Assembly: GCF_963506605.1 (NCBI RefSeq)
Contig: NC_083284.1
Coordinates: 69,378,001-69,442,000 of the forward strand
Length of the DNA stretch: 64,000 nt
Reading direction: 5' to 3'
Origin: Zootoca vivipara
Lineage: Eukaryota
Shown: piece after piece, positions 37,343 to 51,319 of the stretch
Layout: every line of letters starts with the position of its first letter
Position numbering within the stretch: the stretch's first letter is position 1
Notes under the pieces: generated by a model
What the model saw: the letters and a program-made list of their open reading frames with translations, nothing else
Databases searched by the model: none
What the model was told of the DNA's origin: nothing
Made by a program: the position numbers and the translations under genes

Positions 37343-39075
37343 CTCCACACAGTTCTTTCTTCAATAAATGGACGGTATGAACAATCCTGCAACAACAAAT
37401 CCATAATGCTGTTGCCACTTTTACCATAAAACAGGATTGCTCGGCTTTACACGGATGTGTATAACGCAAACAAGTTTTGTTTAATCAAAGCCTACCTACG
37501 GAGACCGTATTTTTCCAGTAGTTGAGGTAAAATAGTTCTCTTAAACAATGCTCACGTAGTTGTCCTTAAAAAAAAAAACTTCATTTGATTCAGAGAACAA
37601 TCCAAAGAAACCAAAATGAAAACGGAATTATTGCATCCAAAACTTCATAGAAGAGATCCAGGAGAGAACAAGAGGGCAGGATCTGTTACTCGTTTCTATT
37701 AAATGAGTTTATTAGCTATACAACTCTTTCATTTTATACTCCCTTGTGTATTAACACAATCTTACACAATTCTCAGTTAAAGGTTATTACAGCTAATTAC
37801 AGTTTGGGCACAATCCTCCTTGTGTGCAGTAGAGTCCTGTTTCTTCTGCCTTCCCTTATGCTGACATCACACCAGATCATTACTGGAAGGGGGAAGCCTG
37901 CATGCATTGAGCCCGCCCATGTCCCCTATTCCCCATAATGATGCAACACATAGCATACTTGTCAAATGTATGTTTGTGCCCAGGCACACACAGAATCCTA
38001 GAATTGTAGAGCTGGAAGGGACCCTGAGGGTCATCTAATCCACACACACACACCCCAGAAGACACACAGACTCCATTATGCTCATTGGAGTATCTGTCCA
38101 CATAAGGAAGGGTTGGGCATCTTTGCATAGTAACCTGCAATTATTTTTTTTAATTCACAAGCAACTCATTTTTATAAAAGAATGTTCTTTTTATAGTAAA
38201 TGGTTACTGGATTAATTTATTTAACAGCTGCTTATGGCAAACATCTTCCATCCTTAAGATCATCAGTTTATGAGTGTTATGCTCCCACATAGTGCTGCTT
38301 TGTTTAACTAAAGCAACTATCTGAGTGAACTGAACTACTTACTTTCTAACTGTGGGATTGCCCAAAAATTAGTAGTAAAAAAGGAACGAATGTATTTGTA
38401 AGTTTCTAACCACTCACTGCTCAGGATACATAGCGGTATATAGAGTCATGCCAGACACTAGACTGCCAGTTATGAAGTTATTTTGCTCTTGTTGCCTCCT
38501 CCGACTATGGTGGAAGATGCTTAAGTTCATTAGAACAGTTATGTAAAAGCAGTGGTGGTAATGGATTTTTTTGAAAAGGAGGGGCAACTTTTTTTTTCTT
38601 TAAAGGCTACTACAGGGAACAGGGAAGAAGCATGTGTCAGGATGGAGCCGCAATGGGTACAAGCAGGCTCCCTTCTACTTTCCTCCCTGCCTTTTACACA
38701 GACATCATTGCTGAACTGTAGCCAGCAAAGAAGCGTCTTCCCCCCTCCCCTCCAACATATTCAAATCATTCTTACATGCCTGCCCACAAGCATATAACTA
38801 CTGGTACCAGACAATTGCAAACCTTAATTGTGACATTTCTGCACAAAGGATCTTAAGAGCTTACAGAAGTCCAAAGAGAGCTGCAAACTGTTTTTGCAAA
38901 AAAATAAAGCAGGCATCTATTCTGGTGTAGAGATGGGAATGAGGCATGTTGACGGCTGCTCTGCTATCACCAGTGTAGGAATATGAGTAGTACAATACAT
39001 GTACACTTGAAATTTGCTGTAGTGTTTGTGAAAATTATATGTGCACTTTAATAAAAAAAGAAAAATGCAGAATGG
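37343..39075 (+). other. KCNIP4: Probable KCNIP4 3' UTR ending after AATAAA at 39050-39055
   Basis: Canonical poly(A) hexamer followed by a U/GU-rich stretch (gttcagtttgtttttcc); the true end needs transcript data. Confidence 0.6.
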
Positions 39076-39876
39076 CAGTTCAGTTTGTTTTTCCAAAGGG
39101 CTTACATGGAGTCAACATTCACAAACACTTTAGTAATATAAAAGCTTTAATACTTGTCACATATATTAGTTGTCTTTTAATACTTCAAATTTCTATGTTT
39201 TCAAAGCAGAAGTAAACCAGTTGTGTAGCATGTTAACAATTTGCACTAGGAGAGGTATCAGTTCACTGAAGCACACTTTATATATTTTCCTATCCAGAAC
39301 CTTTTGGGAAAGAAGGCTTTTCCCTAGACAGTATAAAAATAATTTTCTCTATAGACACAGCAGTGAGTTAGTTCTTGGTCGAAATAAATTAATCATAGTA
39401 CAATCCAGGCAAAGTCAAAAACCTTCAAATCCTATTGATTTTAACTTCCCACTGACGGGAAAGTTACTAAAAGTTATTAAAAGCATAACTTTTAATAGTG
39501 ATTAACTTATGGATGGATTGTGCCTTCATTTCTAACCCATTGCAGTTGCTAAACATACCTAACTACACTTCAACATGTAAACACAGCAAATAAGTATTAA
39601 TGTTACTGTTATGGTTATAGTTTACTAAACTGGGTAATCCCTATTATTGACTGTAATAAACCAGACAAATTGATTTGCAATTTGTGGTGGAAGTACTGAA
39701 TAAGTATTTCTGGTGTTTTCCATAATTTACATGTCTTGAGCATATCCGCTCTTAACATTTGTCTTAATTTTTTAAAATATTGATCCCTGTTTCCCTGAGA
39801 GATTACACAACAGTGTACTATGGGGAAGCTAAGTAATACCAAATAGTTCTGAGGAGGCTCTTCGTCGCATCTCTCT

Positions 39877-39933
39877 TTAGGAGGAGATTGAACAGTAAGT
39901 TGGAATTTTAGCTTTTATAACCGTCAAACTTTC
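39877..39933 (-). CDS. PACRGL: PACRGL last coding exon (ESLTVIKAKIPTYCSISS*)
   Basis: cag acceptor; KIPTYCS C-terminus typical of PACRG-like protein; stop at 39877-39879. Confidence 0.95.
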   Translation of the reverse strand, partial: ESLTVIKAKIPTYCSISS

Positions 39934-40475
39934 CTGTTGATAAAAATGAGAAGGTTTATGCTGAAATAAACTGTATCTGAAATCAAAACGGGTCCAGACA
40001 TGTAGAATGCAAACTATGATTATCTTTCCTTCGTCAACTGGAAGGTGACAATATGCCACCTTCCAGAGGTTCTGGGATACATCAGCGGCTGTTGACCATC
40101 CTGGCTGGGGCTTATGGGAGTTGGAGTCCACAGCACCTAGAGGGACAACCATATTGGCTGCCTGTGCTTTTGGCTGCTTTGTTATTAATAATGCAGAACC
40201 ATCAATACACATGGCATTTTTGTATTGCCAAGTTTGCCCTTCACCAAGAGCACCTCTAAACTAAAAATGTTTTTAAGTAAGTGTAATTACTATGTTTCTC
40301 TCCAAACTATGGAGAATTGCAATATGGAATTATAACTTTGTTGTGCATCATCAGAGTATGACAACATGACTGCATGCGATGGATTTAACCTAACACTATG
40401 AGATAGCGAAGACAACAGGAGAAACAAATTCTGACCTAGGTGTGTCGCAGGAGCAGACCAATCAATTCAGCTTAC

Positions 40476-40556
40476 CTTCCCCCCATACTGCTCCAACTTT
40501 TGTAAGGCATCTGTAGTTTGCTCTTTGTACTTTTTGCTCATCTGTCTCTTTGAAAG
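40476..40556 (-). CDS. PACRGL: PACRGL exon (LSKRQMSKKYKEQTTDALQKLEQYGGK)
   Basis: 81 nt, cag/gtaagc, matches recalled [26 protein letters not shown]. Confidence 0.95.
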
Positions 40557-40948
40557 CTGTGGCAAAAGTAAAATACAATAGTGATTTTATTTGTTGAACG
40601 TAGCTGCAACACCCTCCTTTGTGCCCATTAAATGGAGAAGCGTCAACCAGATTATTAATGATGCATCCTGGTAACAATGACTGATAAGAGGCAGTCTTAA
40701 TTTCACAGATTCGGAGGGACCGTAGCATCTTTACATGTTCAGGCTTCCACAACTTGTGACTCAAGAAACTGAATGCAGGTCCTAACAAGAGCAGCTTGAT
40801 AAACTTTGTTTTGCTGCTTGCATGGAATTGGAAGACTGTGACAGGGGCTATCAAGCACCTTTCATGCTGCAAAACATGGCTGAGGGCCATCTTCAATAGG
40901 CATGCCACAAGCTGTGCTCAGAAATGTGAAAATGCCAACATGCTATTA

Positions 40949-41344
<396 letters not shown>

Positions 41345-42309
41345 TTAAATATTCATCACAACATAATCCTATGTATGATTACTTAGAAGTAAGTCTCACT
41401 GTGTTCAACTGGACTCACTCCTCAATACCCTGTTTAGGTTTGCAGCCAAGATCTAACCATAAAAACTATTTGCTTTGTCTGCAGAAACACTGACAGTAAA
41501 ACTGCAGTATTTAAAGTCTTCAAACACTTTGAACAAATCCTATTAGAAGCACTGATAGATAACCCCTTGCAATTAGGCAGTTGCTGTAATATTATTAAAT
41601 TAACTACTAGAATGCAGATTAAGTGGAGTTAGGCAACATCATCAAGTGCTAATTATTTTAAAGGGTCTTTTGTCCACAACTAAAACTGGATTCTGCATCT
41701 TGAAAGTACTTGGTAAGGCAAGGTTTTTGACTGATTGTGGGGCGACTTCTAAGCCAATCATGCATAGAAGTTCCCATCAGACATGTGTATGCAATGTGGG
41801 ATTCTCAAGGTGGAGCGGATCATACTCATGGGGATGTTGGGGGCAGGACCAGCCCACTACACACTTTTGGCCCTTACATGTTCAACATGAGCGTCTAAAG
41901 AGGGCTAGGATCCTAAGTAATGCTTCCTCAGTTTTGATAACCAATGGTCACAAACCACCATAAACAGGTATTCCACCACGCAGAAGCTTAATTAGCCCAC
42001 AGCTACTACAAAGAGACTTCCCCAATGCATTTACTGACAAGCTGCACAACCCTCTTTCACCCCACCTCCTGGATCAAGTCTACACAATCCAGGAGGTGGG
42101 ACAAATTAGGGTTGTGCAGCCTGTTACTGCTCAGGTGAGCAACGTAAACAGCAGGTGGAAGCAACCATGGTTTACAGTGCTCACAATGTAGGCAGGAGGG
42201 AAAAGGGGGGAAATGTGGTGGGATTTTAATACTGCTGTGGGATGATGGGATCAGAATATTTCTGAGTGCACTTGGATTACACTTTCAAATTCAATCCTCT
42301 TTCAATTCA

Positions 42310-42358
<49 letters not shown>

Positions 42359-43432
42359 GCTTCTGAGCAGGGATCTCTGCATTTTGTTTATCAGCCCTTG
42401 CCATCCGCTTCTTTACTTAAAGTAAACCTGTTGAAATTAATGGTTCTAACGTGTTCATGTTTATTAATTTCAATGGGAATACTCTGAGTAAAACTTAGTC
42501 GAACACCATTCTATGCTAATAGCAGTTGCAATCCAGATATAATATAGCATGAGCAGTCTAAATTGCTAAAAAAACCTCCAGAGCAGGATTAGAATCCAGA
42601 TCAACTGAGCCATCTGTGGGTATCGTTTTATCTTCCACACACCTTTTAGTCAATATTTCATGCACACATTCTGAGGATTCTAGCCAATGTTGATTGAACT
42701 GAGAATGGTTGAAACTATACATGGCTCAACAACCTTGCTTGCAAGGTTCATCCATGGCTTGCGAAGACAGGCAAGTTGGAGGCTCTCTTACAACACTGGA
42801 ATTGCAAAGGGGGAGCAATGTTCTCTGCCCCTCCTCCAGCCCCAAACAGAGACAGACGTGTGCCCCTGTGTCTGCTGGAGTTCCAACCACGAGGAAAGCA
42901 TGGAGATGAAAGGAGCACACCCACCCCTGTGGCCCTTGCAGGAAGGGACAGCAGAGCCGCACTGGGGGCTCTTAACTGCATCTGGCAGGTTTTGAGCTCC
43001 AGCCACACGGCAGGTGCCTTCACTGTACCTCCCTAGTTTTGAATTGTACTTTATACATATTGCAAGCTACCATGTGACAATTGTTTTCAAAAAGCAAATT
43101 ATAAATCTATCTAATCAATCAATCAATATATCTGGGCAGAAGAAATCTTGACTCTGCGCCTCTTTGGAGCTCGGAGCTCCAGCCATCTAAAAGGGAGAGA
43201 GGCTGCCCACAGCACATCACTGCCCCTCTCTGGCTTTGTGCTGGACACAGAAGGAGTACCCTGGTTTTTCACCGAAGCTGTGCTGTGTTTCCAAACGCCA
43301 AACAAGGCCAGGGACAAAGACCCTGCTCTCTGGGTAGGGAGATGTCCTGGCTTTGCAAATATTTGGTCCACCAAGACCACCTAAAATTTATTGATCCCTG
43401 AAACTTAACAATACATTGGGTATACGAGTTCA

Positions 43433-43609
<177 letters not shown>

Positions 43610-44821
43610 TCATAGTAAGCTCTACCTGCCCACCATCTCTGCTGATAAAAATACAAATATCTCAAAAAGTACAGTATATTACACTCTTTTCATTACAGGC
43701 ATTCAAAACACACTTGTGCCACCTTGTGGCTCCATCGAACGTAACGTTGTTAAGCAAATCGTTACATACCGAAATTTCTCAACATGTGTATTTTCTTACC
43801 ATCATTTTGTTTATCCATTTATTTCTACATTTATTCAGGAACAGTACATAATCAGTATTATTTCTAGGCCTTCTGCTCATGCTGCAACAGGTAGAACAGT
43901 ATCCTGTATAACTCCCAACAAAACAATGCAACCTTAGCTGCCACTAGACAACCATAACTCATTGACAGACTCCTGGTCATGGGGAGTTAAGGGCACAACT
44001 GACTTCTAGTAGTCCCCTCCACTCCCAAGTCCTGAAAAAGGATTCTGCCCCACAGTGTATAAGGGTCTCACTGGAGAAATGCCCCCAGTGGCTCAACAGT
44101 TCAGGCAGATTCCAGGATCCACTGCAGCCTCAGAAATCATGGCACACCAGATTATTTCTAACGGATGTTCAGAAGTGTTTTCTCTTCTCACATATCAGAA
44201 ACAGAGATTTGGAAAGCCTTTAAAAATGTAATATTCAATTTGACACGCTGTTGAGGCTCAAAATGCATGTTTGATGTGATTCAATTATTGCTTATAATTA
44301 TATATCTGCACACTCTTAGCAGATGCAGAAGATAAACGAAACATGCCAATTATATAATTTGGATGGGGTAACTGAACAAAGCAGACGCCAAGAGCAAACT
44401 CATATCTTTGGTAATTGACTTCCAGGCTGTTTCTTCTAGGAAGTGAATTCAGTAGCACACTAAAAAGGCTTTTCTTGTCAGACAGAACTGAGGTCAGATG
44501 TAGATGTTCAAAAGGATATACAGCACTGCACACCCACATGCAGTCCTGAATGAAGTACACTAATCAAGATAATATATACAATTTAGAAACAGGGCTAAGC
44601 AAAGCTCACAGGAAAAATGTGTGATCACTATGCATACCCAACACTGAGAAGCAAAGATGGAGTACTGCTCTTTTTGGAAGATATGCAAAATGCACCTATG
44701 TAGATGGCAAGGCCTCTAGCAAACATTTTTTTCTGCTCTTGGCTATACCGCTATGAAGCACAGAACACTAGTTTAACTTTCTGGAACAGCTAATAGTAAA
44801 CTAAATTTAGCAACAGCTATA

Positions 44822-45000
44822 CAGTGGTACCTCTAGTTACGGACTCGATCCGTTCTGGGGTGCCATTCACACCCGAAAAGTCCGTAACTAGAGTGCCGCT
44901 TCTATGCACGCACGCAGCGTGATAGAGCTCTTTATACTCAAGTGGCGTTTGCAAGCCAGAAAGACGCAACATGAACCTAACGCAGCACAAGGTATGACTG
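44822..45000. mobile_element. Tc1/mariner MITE
   Basis: TA-CAGTGGTACCT...AGGTATGACTG-TA. Confidence 0.7.
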
Positions 45001-45162
45001 TACTGAAAACACTATTTCAAAACAGCAAGTGAGCCGCTCAGAGATTTAAAAAATAGTGATAATAATAGTAATTTATTACTTGTACCCCACCCATCTGACT
45101 GGGTTGCCCCAGCCACTCTGGGCAATTTCCAGCACATATAAAAACATAGTAAAACATTAAAC

Positions 45163-45298
45163 CAGGCATCCCCAAACTTCGGCCCTCCAGATGTTTTGGC
45201 CTACAACTCCCATGATCCCTAGCTAACAGGACCAGTGGTCGGGGAAGATGGGAATTGTAGTCCAAAACATCAGGAGGGCCGAAGTTTGGGGATGCCTG
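45163..45298. mobile_element. Palindromic hAT-Charlie MITE nested in an L2 tail
   Basis: TSD CATTAAAC. Confidence 0.92.
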
Positions 45299-45562
45299 CA
45301 TTAAACCTTAACAAGCTTCTTAATAAATAATAATAATTTTATTGAGTGTTTTTATAAATTCTTTTATATAAACAAAACATTTAATATACCACTCACCAAT
45401 TATCCATGTGTGACAATGAAGTATTTATACAATTTATACAAAATCGTTAAAACGGACAACATGTTTAATTTTTACATATATATATATAAAGGATATATAA
45501 AGGGTTTGTGGCCAATATTAATGCAGGTAGCTTTTTCTTCCCCAGCCTCCTTTCCCAGAGAG

Positions 45563-45699
45563 CAGGCATCCCCAAACTTCGGCCCTCCAGATGTTTTGGC
45601 CTACAACTCCCATGATCCCTGGGCTAACAGGACCAGTGGTAGGGGAAGATGGGAATTGTAGTCCAAAACATCTGGAGGGCCGAAGTTTGGGGATGCCTG
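45563..45699. mobile_element. Palindromic hAT-Charlie MITE
   Basis: TSD CCAGAGAG / CCATAGAG. Confidence 0.9.
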
Positions 45700-46128
45700 C
45701 CATAGAGCAACAGTTTGTGGGCAATCAACAGAGACCATACAGAGTTATGATGAGGAAGAAGGACAGGTGGCTCACTGGACCGGAATACTATTAGCCTGCT
45801 ATATTTCTGGATTATGTATAGCCAGGGTTGTGTTGTCTGGGCAGCCCAGGACGTCCATAAAGACAGTGCAGGCCTGTGTGCCAGGGAGATCACTTCGGTG
45901 CTACTAATGCAGCAGTTTGACTTTACTCACCACTGCAGTCTCTACTTCTCTTCAAAAGATTACTTACACTATATCCCCAACTTTTTAATCTATTAAGGAG
46001 GAGAGTTGACACTCAGTTACTTTGCTTTGTTTTTAAGCTACTTCCAACTTTTTGTTGCAATTTTAATTAATTCAGCTGGAGTATTTGGTTGATGGATGAC
46101 CAGCATATTTAAAAACAACAAATTATCA

Positions 46129-46296
<168 letters not shown>

Positions 46297-46418
46297 TTAA
46301 GAATCAACAATCAGGCATGGCTGTACTGATCCCACTTCATGCCAAAGATCCTAAAATACTGTTCCAAAAGAACTAAGCCTGTGTGAGTTCAGGTATATTC
46401 ATGGCGCACCCCCCTTTT

Positions 46419-46677
46419 GGAAGAGGAAGAAGAAGAAGAGTTTGGATTTGATATCCCGCTTTATCACTACCCGAAGGAGTCTCAAAGCGGCTAACCATCT
46501 CCTTTCCCTTCCTCCCCCACAACAAACACTCTGTGAGGTGGGTGGGGCTGAGAGACTTCAGAGAAGTGTGACTAGCCCAAGGTCACCCAGCAGCTGCATG
46601 TGGAGGAGCGGAGACACAAACCCGGTTCCCCAGATTACGAGTCTACCGCTCTTAACCACTACACCACACTGGCTCTC
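46419..46677 (-). mobile_element. tRNA-derived SINE with a (TTC)n tail; a second copy lies at 62672-62910
   Basis: Head GAGAGCCAGTGTGGTGTAGTGGTTAAGAGC..AACCGGGTT; two highly similar copies. Confidence 0.85.
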
Positions 46678-47203
46678 ACACAGACTCTTATTAAAAATGT
46701 AAGACCGCCCAATCAAAAAAGGAGATTATTTTAATACAATTATGGATGATATCCAACATTAGCCATACTCAGACAGCATGGCCAAAGGTCAGGGGTCATG
46801 AAAGTTGCATTCCAAGAGCCACAGGTTAACCACTCCTGTAGTAGAGGCTTTTAGGGCCTGTTCACACATGGATGTTCATAATTTGATGGCAACAGCATGA
46901 AGTGTTGGTGTCCATGTGTAAATCAGCAGCCAGATAACACTGGTAGTACATTCACCTCGCATATCATGCTTTTGAATGAAAAAATGTTCACACGTCCTCC
47001 TACCAGTTATGAACTGAGGGACATGCAATACCTTAGTGTTATTCCCATTAGCAATATTGAGTGACACACCTGATAATGCCTTCTGAACATTTGTTCTTAT
47101 GATAAGCAAACCAAAAGCCTTCACAGAATGTTGACCAATGATACAAAGCCTATTGTTTAACTATGTTCCTTATGTTCACCCACTTCTGACCCCCAATTCT
47201 TAC

Positions 47204-47271
47204 CTGCAAGGAATTCCCCCTTTAGAGTAAATGGCAGCAAAGGCAGAAGGAGCCCTCGATTGACCACCAAA
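47204..47271 (-). CDS. PACRGL: PACRGL exon (FGGQSRAPSAFAAIYSKGGIPCR)
   Basis: 68 nt, tag/gtaaga; PSAFAAIYSKGGIPC matches recalled PACRGL. Confidence 0.96.
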
Positions 47272-48366
47272 CTAGAAAAAAAAGAGATGAAAGTGAGTTA
47301 GTCAGCCAAGAGGCAGATAAGTTCAGTTGTATTTATTTTTTAAAACCTGGAGATTTACCCAGTCAAAAAATGCTTTTCAAGTCCCATATTAATTCAAGAT
47401 TCATTTAAATGTCCTTAAATGTCTCCTACTAAAAGCAACAGGACTTGAAATGCTTAGCTTTGATTTGATTTCAAAAACAGCATATATGCAACAGTTGAGC
47501 AGAAGGTGCAAAAATGCAAATTTAAATAATCTGAATGCAGAACAATAAAAATACAGAGAGTAAATGCAGGCAATGCAATGTGTATCTAATGCCTGGAAAA
47601 GCACCCATAATGACAAGCAGAGATGCTTCACTTTTACAAGAATATCATAATTTACTGCATACTACATACAAGAACAGTCATATAAGAGTCACTTCTTTGT
47701 TACTGAGAATGCACTTTCTTATTTTAAAAAGCAATTCTCAGAACTTTCCAAGTAAATCAAAGAACTTGGAAATATAGACATTATGAAGTATTGCCATTTA
47801 GTACTCACTTTTGTCACCTGAGGCAGGTACAGTTTTACTCAAGGCAACCATTCATATGAAATGCCATCATGGCCATCAGCAGTACCAAGGCTTTAACAAG
47901 GCAAAATCCACTAAAACTTGACTGCAAATAGAGAATCCCAAACCAGGGTTCCAAACTAAGGCTATACAGTATTTTGCTGCATACCCTGGAATTCAGAGGT
48001 GCAAGAATGGGCACTCAACTGAATTTCCAAACAACTTAAGTGTCTTCCAGCAAAGTTGCTTCTAAAAATCACTGACAAAAAGCAAGTCAGCCAAGGAGGA
48101 ATGAGCGTGGGCAGATGGCACTGAGTGCTGAGTGACTGTTGTGGGGACGGAATGAAAAATCAAAGGGTGGGAATGGCAAGGAGTATTCTGGAGCAGCAGA
48201 GATTTGCTCCCCAAATTTTGATACCCTTAACTCAGTTCAGCAGAGATTGTGCTTATCACCTTATTCTCCCTTTTTCGCCACATTCTTTTTAAAATCACCT
48301 GCATAATTTGCTGAAGAAATGGGCTAACATCTTTATGTGGCCACTAGTAGTTCTGCCTGTACTTAC

Positions 48367-48524
48367 CGGATCAATTGTTTTGGGATTAAGTCTGTCACTG
48401 GGCCTGGGCTGCGGCTTAATTACAGGATCTGGAGAAGTCAATGCAGTGGGTGACGGCTTTCTTTTCTGTGTCACACTTTTCTTAGCCATTTGAGAACCTG
48501 AAGACATTCTTTTACCACTACTCC
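48367..48524 (-). CDS. PACRGL: PACRGL exon (GSSGKRMSSGSQMAKK...PRPSDRLNPKTIDP)
   Basis: 158 nt, tag/gtaagt; PRPSDxLNPKTI motif. Confidence 0.92.
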
Positions 48525-48662
48525 CTACGGCACCAAAAACAAAAAAAAAGACCCCACAGAAGAAAGCAGGGATGGTATTTACATTCTTGATGAAAAATAA
48601 TTTGTATTATAAGGCAGGTAAATAAAACATAGTTCAGCTGTCACTGAATTGTAAAGACATAC

Positions 48663-48714
48663 CACTTGCTCCATTTTTCAAACATGTGCTTTCACATTTC
48701 TTGGTTTGCTGCAT
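48663..48714 (-). CDS. PACRGL: PACRGL first coding exon (MQQTKKCESTCLKNGASG); the exon itself begins at 48741 with 27 nt of 5' UTR
   Basis: ATG 48714-48712, 52 coding nt ending in phase 1, gtatgt donor, polypyrimidine-cag acceptor at 48742-48744; the eight exons sum to 750 nt with an open frame. Confidence 0.85.
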
Positions 48715-50139
48715 ACCTCCTTGGGAGGTATGTAGAGACACCTGAGCAAAGAGAAATTGATACTGGTTGGCATCACTTTGCATTTGTATCTTGGTATCAC
48801 AAATTCTTAAGGGACTGTTCAAATAGAAGGGCTATTAAACAGAAGAAAATCTGCATTTTTAAGAGTCCTATGGACATTTGAAGAAATCCCTGCAGGGTTA
48901 ACCAAAAGGGCATCATTATCTGTAGATGGATCTTAGGCAGCTCTTTTATGGCACAAAGTATTTACAGGCAACCCCCTCATTTATGTGTGTTCAATATTTG
49001 CGCAACCGGGCACATGCACATTGCACCAAACCCGGAAGTGACCAAAAAAAGTCACCAAAAAGGGTGGAATGGTGCAGGGCGGAGCAGGATGCCTGTAGGT
49101 TTTTCCAGTGGTGATTCAAATATATGCCTTGGAATGTAACCGCATAAATGGATGGTTGCCTGTATCAACATTTCTATATCACCTATCATCCGAGGATCAC
49201 AGGGCAGTTTACAGTCTCAAAACACAAAAATCCATAACATAGAAGCAAATGAAAGTATTAATCAATGTCTAACTTTTGTAGCTACGACCCTAATCACATT
49301 TACATGGAATAATGATGTTTACCTCCCTCTTACGAATACTCAATAGTTACGAAATTAAACTGATGAGTAGGAGATTCCGGATAGGTAGTAAGCCTTATTG
49401 CCACAGTATGTGTTCCCGCCGGTGGTGTAGTTGAGTTTCCTGCATTTGGGGAAATTGCAGGCGTCAGAACCGTCCTGAGACCTGTGGGTATAGGGCGGTG
49501 AACAAATTTAATTCATAGAATCATAAAATCATAGAGTTGGAAGAGACCACAAGGGCCATCCAGTCCAACCCCCTGCCAAGCAGGAAACACCATCAAAGCA
49601 TTCTTGACATATTCATCATCATCATCATCGTCATCATCATCATCATCATAATTGGCCTAGTTATTATGAACTGACCTTTTAAAAGGGTGAAGCAAATTCA
49701 CAGAAGATACAGCTAACTGCTGCTGATAGGGCCCCTGAACATGGAGGTTCTTTCTTTTTATCACCAGTGGCTGGAGGCGCACAAAGGTGAGAGGATCATT
49801 ATGACTATTAATTAGTTTATCGCTCTATAGCCGCAGGTCTCGGGGCAGTTCACAAGATAAAATAAAAATATACAAAGGAAAACAACCCAATAAACGCCAC
49901 CCACCCACCCATTGGATATGAATCGGCCCAAGGCCAGGTGAAAGAGGAACGTTTCTGCCTGGAGCCCAAAGGTGTAACACAAATGGCTGACACCTGCGCC
50001 ACCTGGCAGGGAACCTGACGCTGCAGTAGACCAGGCTGCTCACCCAGCAGGGCACCTTCTCAGGGGCATAACAAACCTTACCGCATCCCAGGGGAGCTCA
50101 GCGCCAAGAAAATAAATGCCTTAGGCCTGGAGTCTTGTG

Positions 50140-50700
50140 TGCGCATAAGCCGCGCAAGCGCTAAACCCAGCCCCGTCTTCTTAAGCGGGGAAAGCACTCT
50201 GCACATGCTAAGGGAAGCGCACCTTCTTCAGCGCTGAGGGGAGGAAAGGCGCTCTGCGCATGCTTGGGGGGGCACCCCCCTCGTCTTCCCCGCTGAGGGG
50301 GGGGGGAGGAGAAGGCGCTCTGCACATGCTCGTGCTGCCTGCTTCCAGGACCCCGCTAGCCAAACTCCTTCGCCCGTTAACGCCGCGGCGGCGGGGGGGG
50401 GGAGACGAGCCACCTACCTGCGGGGGAGACTTACGGCCCGGGGGCGAAAAGGAAGGGCGGGAAGGAGCGCGCCTCTTCCTCGCCGCGACGCCGGCGACGC
50501 CTCCCTCGCCCGCCTGCTCCTCGGAAGGCGTGGGAATCCGCGCAGGCCGCAGCTGCCCGTCGCCGTTGTCAAGGAAACTACGGGCGCCCGGAGAGGCCAA
50601 ACTTCCTCGCAGAGAAGGCGGAGGGCGCTCTGTTCATGCTTGGAATTCCGACACGCGCGCACTCTTTGCTTTTTGTGTGAGAGCTGCGCATGGACAGGAG
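50140..50700 (-). promoter_or_regulatory. PACRGL: CpG island / PACRGL promoter with non-coding exon 1 (candidate donors after 50435 and 50418)
   Basis: Very high GC and CpG density, GC boxes, NRF1-like TGCGCATG motifs, RFX X-box-like GTTGTCAAGGAAAC at 50565-50578, minus-strand donors gtaagt and gtaggt. Confidence 0.8.
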
Positions 50701-50892
50701 GCGATGAGTGAGAACAACTATTGTTGTTGCCAACTTGAATAAAATAATAGGGAAGGAAAACTGATCACAGGACAGGGCACACTATTTGAATGGGAATGCC
50801 CATCAACTTGGGAGGGGGAAGGGCCGGCATAGCCAGGATTTATGCTTCGGGGGTGGACACCCACCTGCTACCATCCTCTATATATAGGGGGG

Positions 50893-51142
50893 GGGGCGTG
50901 GGTGGTGCTGTGGGTTAAACCACAGAGCCTAGGGCTAGCCGATCAGAAGGTCGGCGGTTCGAATCCCCGCGACGGGGTGTGCTCCCGTTGCTTGCTCCCA
51001 GCTCCTGCCAACCTAGCAGTTCAAAAGCACGTCAAAGTGCAAATAGATACCGCTCCGGTGGGAAGGTAAACGGCGTTTCCGTGTGCTGCTCTGGTTCGCC
51101 AAAAGCGGCTTAGTCATGCTGGCCACATGACCTGGAAGCTGT
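50893..51142 (+). mobile_element. Sauria SINE, 3'-truncated
   Basis: A/B boxes and body. Confidence 0.85.
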
Positions 51143-51319
51143 ACGATTACCAAGGCCTTAACGATAAAGCCAGTGGCTTTGAGGAGTTTTAGAAATGGTG
51201 CCAAACCAGCCTTTCACACATCCATAATTAAACATTAATTTAAACTATATAATCCTACTTTGCTATGAATTCTAAAGGCGAATCATTCAAATCTGCTGTA
51301 TACCACTGTGTGATGTCTC

